Source: Dehalococcoidia bacterium
Lineage (GTDB): Bacteria; Chloroflexota; Dehalococcoidia; UBA2979
Reading direction: 5' to 3'
DNA: 64,000 bases
Assembly: GCA_964291495.2 (NCBI GenBank)
Contig: OZ219868.1
Span: forward strand, 1 to 64,000
The notes beneath the pieces were generated by a model that ran no database searches, was not told the origin of the DNA, and worked only from the letters and a program-made list of their open reading frames with translations. Below are positions 48,892-58,400 of the stretch, piece after piece (within the stretch, counting starts at the first letter, position 1; each line of letters starts with the position of its first letter). Both the position numbers and the translations under genes were made by a program.

Positions 48892-50085
48892 CTACAACTC
48901 CGCCGGCACCCGCTTCGAGGGCAGGCGGACGGTGGCGAGGCCGGGGAGGGTGAGGCGGCCGCGCTGGTTCTCGCCTCGGATCTCGATGTCCACCAGGGCT
49001 TCGTCGCCTTCGAGGTAGGTGCGGGTGACCGTGCCGCGCAGCCAGGTGGTGTCGCCCATCAGGTTGAAGCCGCGCAGCTCGCCGCGCAGGCGCTTGAGGA
49101 AGCCGTCGTCGCCCATCCAGTTCTCGATCAGCGTGCCCGCCCAGGAGATGCGCTGCGGGCCGAAGTCGTAGGCGCCCGGGACGCCGACCTGCGCCGCGAC
49201 CTCGCGCAGCTGGTGGCCCATGCCCGTGTACTCGAGGCCCTGTCCGGCCTCGGGGTTGCGGAAGTAGTGGCCCGGGTGGCGGCGCGCCTCCTTGAGCGCG
49301 GCGCCGTGCGCGCGCCCTCGGCCCGTGCCGACCAGCCAGGCCGTGACGTCCGAGGTGGTGAGCGGCCCGCGCGCGATCGCGTCGAGCTCGTCGCCGACCT
49401 TGACGTCCTCCCAGTAGCGGGTCTCGCCGCCGCGGATGCGCTCGTCCTCACTGTATTGCGTCTGCTCGATCTCGTACAACTCCTCGGCGCCGTAGTCGTA
49501 GGCGCGGCCGCCGCCGGTCACGGAGTCCTCGCGTGACTCCTTGCCGCGCTCGCGGGCGGCGGAGCGCTCGTGGCGCGTGTTCCAGCCGCGCACGCTGGCG
49601 ATCAGCTCGCCGCGCTGGTTGGTGAAGGTGGTCTCGACGTGGATGATGACGAGCGTGCCGGAGAAGCGGCTCTCCTTCTCCTCGAAGCCGAGCATGCGCT
49701 CGACGCTGTCGATGCGGTCGCCGAGGCGGATCTCGCGCTCGAAGCGGAAGTCGTTGCCGGCGTGGAAGCCGTGAACGCCGGGCAGGCCGAAGCGGGTGCG
49801 GCCGGGCCAGGTGCGCGCGTAGAGGAAGCAGCCGGGCGCCAGCAGGCCGCCGTAGCGCGTCCACTTCGCGTATTCCTCGTCGCGGTGCAGCGGGTTGAGG
49901 TCGCCGATGCCGTTGCAGAAGTTGGTGACGGTGTCGATCGTCGCCTCGCGGATGTAGCGCTCGGGGCGCATCTGCAGGCCGGTGATGCGGCGCAGATCGT
50001 CGAGCGCCTCGGGGGTGATGCGCCCCTCGGGCAGGTCGAGGCCGGAGGGCGGTCCGGAGGCCGCCTCGGAGTCGGTCGTGGTCAT
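48892..50085 (-). CDS. Double hot-dog (MaoC/FAS1-like) acyl-CoA dehydratase
   Basis: GIGD.NPL..DEEYA..T.YGG..AP; second domain WEDV.VGDEL, GH...A..VGVPGAYD.G, WMGDDG. Confidence 0.85.
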   Translation of the reverse strand: MTTTDSEAASGPPSGLDLPEGRITPEALDDLRRITGLQMRPERYIREATIDTVTNFCNGIGDLNPLHRDEEYAKWTRYGGLLAPGCFLYARTWPGRTRFGLPGVHGFHAGNDFRFEREIRLGDRIDSVERMLGFEEKESRFSGTLVIIHVETTFTNQRGELIASVRGWNTRHERSAARERGKESREDSVTGGGRAYDYGAEELYEIEQTQYSEDERIRGGETRYWEDVKVGDELDAIARGPLTTSDVTAWLVGTGRGRAHGAALKEARRHPGHYFRNPEAGQGLEYTGMGHQLREVAAQVGVPGAYDFGPQRISWAGTLIENWMGDDGFLKRLRGELRGFNLMGDTTWLRGTVTRTYLEGDEALVDIEIRGENQRGRLTLPGLATVRLPSKRVPAEL

Positions 50086-50262
50086 CGTTCGCCGCCCTTC
50101 GCCGGTGCGGGATCGTATGGCGTGTCTGTCGTGCGGAGCGTCCGGTGCAGGTCGATGCGTGTCAAGGCGCAGCGTGGCCTCGCCGTTCAGCGTTGTAGCC
50201 CGCGAGCCGGCCGGTCAGCGCCGGAGGCTCGGCTTCACGCTCGAGGGCACGAGCGGATCCCG

Positions 50263-51348
50263 CTACTGCTCGACGACGGCGGGCAGCGTCAACACCTTCA
50301 GTAGCTCTTCGTCGTTGAGGCACTCGAAGAGCCGGGCGGCCTCGGCGCCGAGTTGAGCGAGCTCGCTCTCCGCCATCTGGTCGACATCGAGGGTTCCGAA
50401 TCCCAGGGCCAGGATGTCGGGGCTCCCTGCAACGATGCTGGCGACGCAGACCAGCGCCTCATCTCTCAGCCCGTCGACTCGCGATGCGGTGAATGCGGTG
50501 AAGAGGGCCGTCTTGCTCTCCAGAGTCAGGCAGTCGAGCAGGGCGACCGCGGGACCGAACGCTTGCGTAGCCGTAGCGTTGAGGAACGCGTCGAACTGCG
50601 CCTCGCCGACCTTCTCACGCAGGCATGCCGCTTCGTCGGTTGAGAGCAGTTCGATGATCTCGCGGCCGGTGAAGCTGTCCCTCTGATCCAGCCTCGTCGT
50701 GAGTTGCACGAGCACGTCCGCCTGGTCTACCGGGCTGAGGCAGTCGAACGCCGCCTTTTGGGCGGAGAGCAGGGCTTCGCCGTCAATCGGCCCCATCTGC
50801 TCACGGAGCAGGGCGAACCTGATGTGGATGATCTCAGGGTTCGCTCGGGCGATTGGGATCCTGCACTCGCGTGCGTCCGGGTCGCTCCGCCCGTAGTTGG
50901 CGTCGATGAGCACGAGCCCGATGAGCACGAGATTGTCTTCGGTCAGGCAATTCAGGAACGAGCTCGCGCCGCCCGTTCCACTCTCCTGGATCACCCTCGT
51001 GACCGGAATGCCGAGGAAGGCGTTGTATGCGACTTCTCCGATGGCCTGGCGAAGACAGTCCTGCTCGTCCTCGGAGAGGCGGCTCATCAGCTCACCGCCG
51101 GTAGTCGTGTCGGTCAGGTAGAAGTCCTCCAGCGACCCTGCCGGCTCAGCCGCCGGGGTGGGAGTTGGCTCAGGCGTGGCGGGAGGAGGTGACGGCGTCG
51201 GTTCCGGCGTGGGCGTCGCAGTGGGGGCAGTCGTAGGTGTTGCGGTGGGCGTTGGCTCGGGATCGGACCCGCAGCCGGCGCCGACCAGGAAGAGAGCGAG
51301 CGCGAAGGCGACGACGACGAGCCAGCGACTATTCATAGTGACATGCAC
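50263..51348 (-). CDS. Cys-rich hypothetical lipoprotein with internal repeat
   Basis: VGAGC lipobox, Pro/Thr linker, TG.E....LS.DE..CLR...GE......FL motif twice; start may be 51336. Confidence 0.75.
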   Translation of the reverse strand: MHVTMNSRWLVVVAFALALFLVGAGCGSDPEPTPTATPTTAPTATPTPEPTPSPPPATPEPTPTPAAEPAGSLEDFYLTDTTTGGELMSRLSEDEQDCLRQAIGEVAYNAFLGIPVTRVIQESGTGGASSFLNCLTEDNLVLIGLVLIDANYGRSDPDARECRIPIARANPEIIHIRFALLREQMGPIDGEALLSAQKAAFDCLSPVDQADVLVQLTTRLDQRDSFTGREIIELLSTDEAACLREKVGEAQFDAFLNATATQAFGPAVALLDCLTLESKTALFTAFTASRVDGLRDEALVCVASIVAGSPDILALGFGTLDVDQMAESELAQLGAEAARLFECLNDEELLKVLTLPAVVEQ

Positions 51349-51568
51349 CTCGATGCTGTTCCCCGACCCCGGACTCGCGATCGGTCTAGACCCGTACTGC
51401 GACTGCGACGTGGTATCAGCCCTGTGTTCGATCCGTCAACCCGCTTGCTCGGGTACCCGGGCGCGCTACGGGAGGGGCCGGGCAGGCCTGCGAGCACTTC
51501 GCGTTGCCCACTCGACGTTCCAGTTCACGAGTCGCAGCGCATCGGCCTGTCGCCTCGTTGCGCTTCCG

Positions 51569-52735
51569 TCAGTACAGCACCTGCTCCGCCGTGAGGCGCT
51601 CGAGCTCCTCGCGAGGGCGGCCGAGCAGCTTGCAGACGACGTACTCGTTGTGCTCGCCCATGAGGGGGGCGCGGTTGTTGGCGAGCGGGATCTCGTCCGG
51701 CCAGATCCAGGGCGCGCGGTAGACCAGCTCCCAGCCGATCGAGGGGTGCTCCGTCTCCACGTAGGTGCCGCGCGCCTGGTAGTGGGGGTCCTCGAAGCGG
51801 TCCTTGGCGGTCGTGACGGCGCCCGCGGGCACCCCCGCCGCCTGCAGCGCCTCCATCGCGTCTCGCGGGTCACGCTCCGCGCACCAGCGTTCGAGGGCGT
51901 CCCGCACTGCCGCCGGATCGTCCGAGGGCGCGCCGGTGAGGGCGGCGACGGCGGCGAGCTGCGCCTCGTCCTCGGCGGCGACGGCGATCCACTCGTCCTC
52001 GCCCGCGCAGCGGAAGCAGTCGTGCAGCGGCTCGTCATTGGGCGGGAGGTTTCCGAGCGGGCCGGGAACCTCGCCGAAGAGGTCGAGCCACGCCATCGCC
52101 TCGGCGGAGGTCTGCATGCCGGCGGCCAGCTGCGAGAGGTCGATGTGCTCGCCGCGGCCGCTGCGCTTGCGGCGGATCAGCGCGGCGAGGATGGCGACCG
52201 CGCCGTGCAGGCTGGCGTTGGGGTCGGGGTAGGACTGCTGAACGCCCAGCGGCTCCTCGCCGGGGTAGCCGCAGAGCGAGTCGAGGCCACTGAAGGCGGC
52301 GATCGTCGAGGCGTAGCTGCGCAGCTCGCGCAGCGGGCCCTGCTGGCCGCCGCCGGACATCGAGAGCATCACGAGGTCCGGCCGGCGCTCGCGCAGCGCC
52401 TCGTAGCCGAGGCCGTAGCGGTCGAGCACGCCGGGCGCGAAGTTCTGGATCGCCACGTCGCAGTGCGCGGCGAGGTCGAGCAGCAGGTCGCGCCCGGCCT
52501 CGGTGGTGAAGTCGATGCTGAGGCTGAGCTTGCCGCGGTTGATGTTGTGGAACATCGGCTGCTGCTCGGTGTCGGGCGCGTCCTTGACGATCGCGCGGCC
52601 CTGCCGCATGTAGTCGAGCCGCTTGCGCGTCTCCACCTTGATCACCTCGGCGCCGAGGAAGGCGAGCATCTGGCCGGGCACCGCCCCGGCCCAGACCCAG
52701 CCGAAGTCGAGCACGCGCACGCCCTGCAGCAGCAT
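51569..52735 (-). CDS. Class III CoA-transferase (CaiB/BaiF), catalytic Asp present
   Basis: L.GVRVLDF..VWAG, GAEVIKVE, NRGK.S, NFAPG, SYPDP, AP.MGEHN. Confidence 0.93.
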   Translation of the reverse strand: MLLQGVRVLDFGWVWAGAVPGQMLAFLGAEVIKVETRKRLDYMRQGRAIVKDAPDTEQQPMFHNINRGKLSLSIDFTTEAGRDLLLDLAAHCDVAIQNFAPGVLDRYGLGYEALRERRPDLVMLSMSGGGQQGPLRELRSYASTIAAFSGLDSLCGYPGEEPLGVQQSYPDPNASLHGAVAILAALIRRKRSGRGEHIDLSQLAAGMQTSAEAMAWLDLFGEVPGPLGNLPPNDEPLHDCFRCAGEDEWIAVAAEDEAQLAAVAALTGAPSDDPAAVRDALERWCAERDPRDAMEALQAAGVPAGAVTTAKDRFEDPHYQARGTYVETEHPSIGWELVYRAPWIWPDEIPLANNRAPLMGEHNEYVVCKLLGRPREELERLTAEQVLY

Positions 52736-53880
52736 CAGGAGGCCTCCGGAGGCGGCGGGACCGGGCCCGGCGGCGCGAGCTCCGCCTCGGCGAAGCGGTA
52801 CGGCGGCGCGGGTAGCGTCAGCTCCACGCCCGAGGCGCCCTCGAAGCGCTCGAAGGCGCCCGCGGCTTGCAGGTCGGCGTCGGCGCGCACGTCGGCGACG
52901 GTGCGGACGGGGGCGGCGGGGATGTTGCGGGCGCGGCACTCCTCGAAGACCTGCTGGCGGGTACGCGCCTCGAACCATGGGGCGAGCAGGGCGTCGACCT
53001 CGTCGGCGTGGCGGTCGTTCATGTCGAGGCGGCTGCCGAAGCGCCGCTCGGCGGCCCACTCGGGCGAGCCGACCATCTCGATGAAGAGCTGGTGCTGGTG
53101 GCGCTCGGAGGCCTGGATCGCGATCCAGCCGTCGGAGCAGCGGAAGAGCTGGTGCGGGTAGGGCTGGCCGAGCACGCGGCGGCCCTGGCGGCTGCGCAGG
53201 CGGTTGGAGAAGAGGTAGCTGACCACCGTCGTGCCCGTGTGCACCGTCGCCCAGACATCGCTCTCGGCGATGTCGACGACGCGTGCGCCCTCGGCGGCCT
53301 CGCGCTCGTCGCCCTCGTATGCGTCCCCGAGGGCTGCGATGGCGGCGACGAGGCCGGCCTGGATCGCGGTCTGCGAGAGCGGCATGCGCAGCGGCGGGCG
53401 GCCGGGCGCGCCGATGCCGACGCTGGAGCCGCCGAACGCCGAGGTGACGATCTCCGGGCCGCGGTAGTTGCGGTAGGGGCCGCTGAGCCCGAACGGCGTG
53501 ATCGCGCAGACCACGTCGCAACCGAGTCCGGCGAGCGCGCCGACCTCGAGGCCCCACGCCTCGTAGCGGCGCGGCTCGAGGTCGAGGATGAAGGCGTCGG
53601 CCCCGGCGACCAGCTCGCGCAGCCGGGCGGGGTCGGCGACGACTTCGCTGGTCTTGCCCTCGTTGAAGAAGTCGAAGGCGGCGGTGGTGGTGCGGCCGTT
53701 CGCCTCGTGCCGGCGCGAGCCGTCGCGGCGCAGCGGGTCGCCCTCGGGCGGCTCGACCTTGACGAGGTCGGCGCCGAGGCGGCGCAGCAGCTTGCCCGCG
53801 TAGGCGGCGGCCCCGCGCTCGCTCAGCTCGACGACGCGCAGGCCGCCAATCGGGAGATCGAGGTCGGGCAGGTCCGCCAT
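52735..53880 (-). CDS. Class III CoA-transferase-like subunit, catalytic Asp apparently absent
   Basis: GLRVVEL, AYAGKLL..LGAD.VKVEPP.GDPLR, ITPFG..GPY; QTAIQAG at the Asp position. Confidence 0.88.
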   Translation of the reverse strand: MADLPDLDLPIGGLRVVELSERGAAAYAGKLLRRLGADLVKVEPPEGDPLRRDGSRRHEANGRTTTAAFDFFNEGKTSEVVADPARLRELVAGADAFILDLEPRRYEAWGLEVGALAGLGCDVVCAITPFGLSGPYRNYRGPEIVTSAFGGSSVGIGAPGRPPLRMPLSQTAIQAGLVAAIAALGDAYEGDEREAAEGARVVDIAESDVWATVHTGTTVVSYLFSNRLRSRQGRRVLGQPYPHQLFRCSDGWIAIQASERHQHQLFIEMVGSPEWAAERRFGSRLDMNDRHADEVDALLAPWFEARTRQQVFEECRARNIPAAPVRTVADVRADADLQAAGAFERFEGASGVELTLPAPPYRFAEAELAPPGPVPPPPEAS

Positions 53881-56186
53881 CAGTAGACGGCCTGCTCGCC
53901 GATCCAGCGCTCGAGGTCCTCGCGGCTGTGGCCGAGCAGGCCGCAGATGACCTCCTCGTTGTGCTCGCCGAGGTCCGGAGACCACGCGTCGTAGCGCACG
54001 CTCGAGGCGATCTCGAAGCGCCAGGGCGCGCCGACGGTGGCGCGCTCGCCGTAGCGCTCGTCCCGGAGGTCGACGATGGCGCCGCGCTCGCGCAGGTGCG
54101 CGTCGGCGACGAGGTTCTCGCCCGTCATCGAGACCTCGGCGGCGATTCCGGCGGCCTGGAGGCGGGCGGCCAGCTCGTGCGCGTCATGGCCGGCCGTCCA
54201 GTAGCGCAGCGCGGCGTCGAGCGGTCCGCCGTTGGCGCGGCGCCGGCCCGCGCTCACGTATTGCGGGCGGTCGAAGGACTGGTGTCCGGACAGCTCGACG
54301 AAGCGCTCCCACTCCTCGTCGGAGCGGATGGCGATGGCAATCCAGGCGTCCTCGCCGGCCGCAGGGTAGACGCCGTGCGGGGCCCACTGCTCGTGGCCGG
54401 TGCCGACGCGCGGCGCGTCGCCGTCGGCGATCGTCTGCACGATCGACTCACCGACGAGCATGGCCGCCACCTCGCGAGCCGCGAGGTCGGCGAAGGCGCC
54501 CGCGCCGGTACGGTCGCGCTGTTCGAGCATCGCGAGGGAGAGCAGGGCGGCGATCAGGCCTGCCTCGTGGTCCATCTGGTTGCGGATCTCGCCCGGAGCG
54601 CCGTCGGGGTAGCCGCTCATGTAGCCGAGGCCGCCCTCGGCGGCGAAGATCGGCGCGTAGCCGGGGCGGTGGCTGTCCGGGCCGTGCTGGCCGTAGGCGG
54701 AGAGCGAAACCATCACGAGGCGCGGATTGACCGCCTTGAGGTCCTCCCAGCCGAGACCGAGCCGCCCCATCACGCCGGGCCGGAAGTTCTCGATCGCCAC
54801 GTCGCTCGCCGCCACCAGTTCACGCGCGAGCTGCGCGGCGCGCTCCTCCTTGAGGTTGAGCGTGATCGAGCGCTTGTGGCCCGCGAGGTGGTCGAAGTTC
54901 GGCACGTCGAAACGGCCGTAGAGCGGGTGCGGCCGCCGCCCGATGTCGAGCCGCGCCTGCGACTCGACCTTGATCACGTCCGCGCCGAGCAGGCTGAGCA
55001 TCAGCGTCGCGTAGGGACCGGCGGCCATGTTCGTGAAATCGGCCACGCGGACGCCCTCGAGTGGCTTCGCGCCGCCCGAGGCGGGAGCAGCGGGGGTAGT
55101 GGAGGCGCCGCCATCGCTCGCTGCGCTCGCGAGTTGCCAGGCGACGCCGGGCGTCAGTTCGCCATTCTCGCTCGTTCGGAAGAAGCCGCGGTGCTGGAAC
55201 TGCTGGTCCTCGGGCAGCTGCTCTGGGGCGAGGTAGGGGCCGCAGGGCAGGCCGGTCTCCGCGGCGCGCGCGACGACCTCCGCGACGCTGCGCTCGGCGA
55301 CCCAGGCGCGCAGGTGCTCGTTGATGAAGGGGCCGCGCCGGCCGCGCTCGACGGTGTCCTCGAACTCCGGCGCCTGCGCCCATTCCGGGTCGCCCATGAG
55401 CTCGCGCAAGGCAATCCAGTGGTGCTGCTCGATCGGCACGATCTCGACATAACCGTCGGCGCAGCGCACGATCCCGCCGTAGCTGAAGCTGCGGTTCGAG
55501 CGCCGTTCGAAGTGCCCGTCCACGTAACGGCTGACCGACAGGTAGTTGAGCGAGAGCTGCGAGTCCTGCACCGAGAGGTCGATGCGCTCGGTGCGCCCGG
55601 ACGCCCTCGAGGAGCGCAGGCCGGCCAGCGCGGCGAAGGCGGCGTTCGTGCCCGCCTGGTAGCTCCCGAGGTAGCGGCCGACGCCGATCGGCGGGCGGTC
55701 GGGGAACTCCTCGTAGCCAAGTCCCGAGGGCTGGAGGAAGCCCTCGCCGCCGCCCTGGAACAGCGTCAGCTCGGACCCCTGCCAGTCGCTCTTGGGGCCG
55801 CTCTGCCCGTAGGGCGTCAGCGCCACGAAGGCCCGCCCGCGATCGGGCAGCGGGGCCGCCTCGACGATCGGGTTCCAGCCGAAGGGCAGCGTGGGGCGCT
55901 CGTGCACGATGATCTCGACTCTTGCGACCTGCCCGGCGTCGGGGCGGGCGGGAAGGTCGCGCGTCTCCAATCCCGCGGCGAGGTAGCGGAAGACCGCGCT
56001 CTCGCCACTCTCGAGGAACGGCGGACAACTGCGCAGCGGAGTGCCGCCGGGCGGCTCCAGCAACTCGACGCGCGCGCCGAGCTCGCGCAGCAGCCGGCCG
56101 GCGAACCCGCCGGCGGGTGTATCGGCGATCAGCCACGCGCGAAAGCCGTCGAGCGGAAGCATGGGCAGCCCTTCGTCGTCGGTCAT
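53880..56186 (-). CDS. Fused tandem class III CoA-transferase (two CaiB domains)
   Basis: Domain 1 LDGFR...GRLLRELGA.V...EPPGG; domain 2 PLEGVRVADFT..AAGP, ENFRPG, QMDH. Confidence 0.92.
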   Translation of the reverse strand: MTDDEGLPMLPLDGFRAWLIADTPAGGFAGRLLRELGARVELLEPPGGTPLRSCPPFLESGESAVFRYLAAGLETRDLPARPDAGQVARVEIIVHERPTLPFGWNPIVEAAPLPDRGRAFVALTPYGQSGPKSDWQGSELTLFQGGGEGFLQPSGLGYEEFPDRPPIGVGRYLGSYQAGTNAAFAALAGLRSSRASGRTERIDLSVQDSQLSLNYLSVSRYVDGHFERRSNRSFSYGGIVRCADGYVEIVPIEQHHWIALRELMGDPEWAQAPEFEDTVERGRRGPFINEHLRAWVAERSVAEVVARAAETGLPCGPYLAPEQLPEDQQFQHRGFFRTSENGELTPGVAWQLASAASDGGASTTPAAPASGGAKPLEGVRVADFTNMAAGPYATLMLSLLGADVIKVESQARLDIGRRPHPLYGRFDVPNFDHLAGHKRSITLNLKEERAAQLARELVAASDVAIENFRPGVMGRLGLGWEDLKAVNPRLVMVSLSAYGQHGPDSHRPGYAPIFAAEGGLGYMSGYPDGAPGEIRNQMDHEAGLIAALLSLAMLEQRDRTGAGAFADLAAREVAAMLVGESIVQTIADGDAPRVGTGHEQWAPHGVYPAAGEDAWIAIAIRSDEEWERFVELSGHQSFDRPQYVSAGRRRANGGPLDAALRYWTAGHDAHELAARLQAAGIAAEVSMTGENLVADAHLRERGAIVDLRDERYGERATVGAPWRFEIASSVRYDAWSPDLGEHNEEVICGLLGHSREDLERWIGEQAVY

Positions 56187-56196
56187 CGCGAAGATG

Positions 56197-57483
56197 CTAT
56201 TGGATGGCCCCCGCTGCGCGATAGGCGTCGAGGTCTGCGTCCGAGCAGCCTGCCTCGCGCAGCACCGCCTCGGTGTCCGCGCCGAGCAGCGGGGCGGGGC
56301 CTCGCACGGCCGTCGGCGTCTCCGAGAGCTCGACGATCGGCCCGACGACGCGCTGCGGGCCGGTCAGCGGGTGTTCGAGGTCGGCCATCATGCCGGCGGC
56401 GTTGACATGCGAGTCGTCGGCCAGTTCCTCCGGGAAGTGCACCGGGCCGACGGGCACGCCCTCCGCCTCGAAGGCCTCGATCCACTCGGCCACGGGGCGA
56501 GTGCGGATCAGCGCGCGGATGCGCCCGAGCAGTGCCGTGGCGTGCGCGATGTTCGCGGGGTCGCCGCTGTCGAAGTCCGGCATGTCGCTCGGGTCATCCT
56601 CGATGCCAAGCACGCGGCGCGCGCCGTCACGCGTCCGCGGCGTAAGCGCGCCGAGGGCGATCACGCCGTCGCTGGCCTCGAAGCCGCCGTAGTAGATGCG
56701 GAACGCCCAGCGCCTCGCGCGGATCGCGTGGCGCGCGTCCAGCTGCTCGCGGTACGAGGCGCCCGCCGCGCGCAGCTCCCGGACCGCCTCCATCATCGGG
56801 TCGACGGTCGAGGCGTCGCTGACCGGCTCGCGCATGATGTAGCTGTCCTGGATCGCCATCGCCGAGCGCAGCAGCGAGGTCTCGACGAGCTGGCCGCGGC
56901 CGGTGAGCTCGCGCCGGTAGAGGGCCGAGCAGATCCCGATCACCGCCGCGAGTCCCGAGGTGTAATCGGAGACTGGCCCCGCTGCGATGTGCTCGGGCGC
57001 GCCCGCGTCATCGGTCTTCGCGTCGCCGACCGTGAGGCCGGAGTAAGCGGACATCGTCGCGTCGGTGCCCGCGCGATCGGCGAGCGGCCCGCGTGATCCG
57101 AAGGCGGAGATGCGGCAGTAGACGAGGCCCGGATGCAGCGAGGAGAGCGTCTCGTAGTCGATCTCCAGCCGCTCCAGCACGCGCTGGCGGAAGTTGATCG
57201 TCAGCACGTCGAAGCGCGGCAGGATGCGGTGGATCAGCTCGCGCCCGGCGTTCGTCTGGAGGTCGACGAGAATGCTGCGCTTGCCGCGGTTGACCGCCTG
57301 GAAGCGCTTGCCCTCGTTGGGGATGATCGCGCCGAAGTTGCGGTGCGGATCGCCGCCCGGCGGACGCTCGACCTTGACCACCTCGGCCCCGAGGTCGGAG
57401 AGCACGCAGCCCGAGAACGGCCCCGCCACGAGCTGCGAGAACTCCAGCACCCGGATGCCATCGAGGGGTCCGCCTGTGGCCAT
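56197..57483 (-). CDS. Class III CoA-transferase (CaiB/BaiF)
   Basis: PLDGIRVLEFSQ.VAGP, NRGKRS, PVSDY..G, AP.LG.DT. Confidence 0.93.
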   Translation of the reverse strand: MATGGPLDGIRVLEFSQLVAGPFSGCVLSDLGAEVVKVERPPGGDPHRNFGAIIPNEGKRFQAVNRGKRSILVDLQTNAGRELIHRILPRFDVLTINFRQRVLERLEIDYETLSSLHPGLVYCRISAFGSRGPLADRAGTDATMSAYSGLTVGDAKTDDAGAPEHIAAGPVSDYTSGLAAVIGICSALYRRELTGRGQLVETSLLRSAMAIQDSYIMREPVSDASTVDPMMEAVRELRAAGASYREQLDARHAIRARRWAFRIYYGGFEASDGVIALGALTPRTRDGARRVLGIEDDPSDMPDFDSGDPANIAHATALLGRIRALIRTRPVAEWIEAFEAEGVPVGPVHFPEELADDSHVNAAGMMADLEHPLTGPQRVVGPIVELSETPTAVRGPAPLLGADTEAVLREAGCSDADLDAYRAAGAIQ

Positions 57484-57617
57484 CGGGCACGCTCCGTCCG
57501 CGCCACGCTCGCCCCCTGCCAGTCCGGCGGGCGGGCGGCGTCGCGGGCGATGATAAGCTGCCCGCCCGTGGCAGGCGCGCCGCCTGCCGCACCGGCCTGC
57601 GCGCGGAGGTGACAGCC

Positions 57618-58400
57618 ATGCCCAAGCTAGACCGCGACGGCGTCGCGATCCACTACGAGGACGATGGGCCGAAGGACACGGGCACGCTGCCCGTGCTGCT
57701 CACGCACGGCTACGCGGCGACCTGCCTGATGTGGCGGCCGCAGATCGCGGCCTTCGCCGACCGCTACCGGCTGATCGGCTGGGACATGCGCGGCCACGGA
57801 CAGAGCGACAGCCCGCCCGACGACGCCCTCTACAGCCGCGAGCTGACCGTCGAGGACATGCGCGCGATCCTCGATGAGCTCGGGATCGAGCAGGCGGTGA
57901 TCGCGGGACACTCGCTCGGCGGCTACATGTCGCTCGCCTTCCAGGCGACGCACCCGGAGCGCACGGGCGCGCTGATCCTGCAGGGCACCGGCCCCGGCTA
58001 CCGCAACCCCGTCGCACGCGAGGCGTGGAACGAGGACCGCCTCGAGCGCGCTCGCCGGTTGGAGACGATCGGCATGAGCACCCACGACGGCGGATCCGAG
58101 GTCGACATGAGCGAGCACAGCTCGGCGGAGGGACTCGCACGCTCCGCGCGCGGGATGCTCACCCAGCACGACTCGCTGGTGATCGACGGCATCGCCTCGA
58201 TCACGCTGCCGACCCTGCTGCTGGTCGGGGAGAACGACACGCCGTTCCGCAACGGCATGAGCTACATGGAGAACCGCATCGAGGGCAGCGAGCTGCACGT
58301 CTTCGACGGCGCCGGGCACGGCGTGAACATCGAGGCGCCGGAGGGCGTGAACGCGGCGATTGAGGGCTTCCTCGCGCACCTCGCGGGAGGCGCCCAGTGA
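57618..58400 (+). CDS. Alpha/beta hydrolase
   Basis: LTHG, DMRGHG.S, GHSLGG nucleophile elbow, GEND, AGH. Confidence 0.92.
   Translation: MPKLDRDGVAIHYEDDGPKDTGTLPVLLTHGYAATCLMWRPQIAAFADRYRLIGWDMRGHGQSDSPPDDALYSRELTVEDMRAILDELGIEQAVIAGHSLGGYMSLAFQATHPERTGALILQGTGPGYRNPVAREAWNEDRLERARRLETIGMSTHDGGSEVDMSEHSSAEGLARSARGMLTQHDSLVIDGIASITLPTLLLVGENDTPFRNGMSYMENRIEGSELHVFDGAGHGVNIEAPEGVNAAIEGFLAHLAGGAQ

Noticed and set aside
53928-56405. Very long antisense/alternate-frame ORFs (825 aa here; also 9637-11532, 28040-29989, 51158-53161)
   Set aside because: Shadow ORFs expected from stop-codon scarcity at high GC; they mirror well-supported genes on the opposite strand
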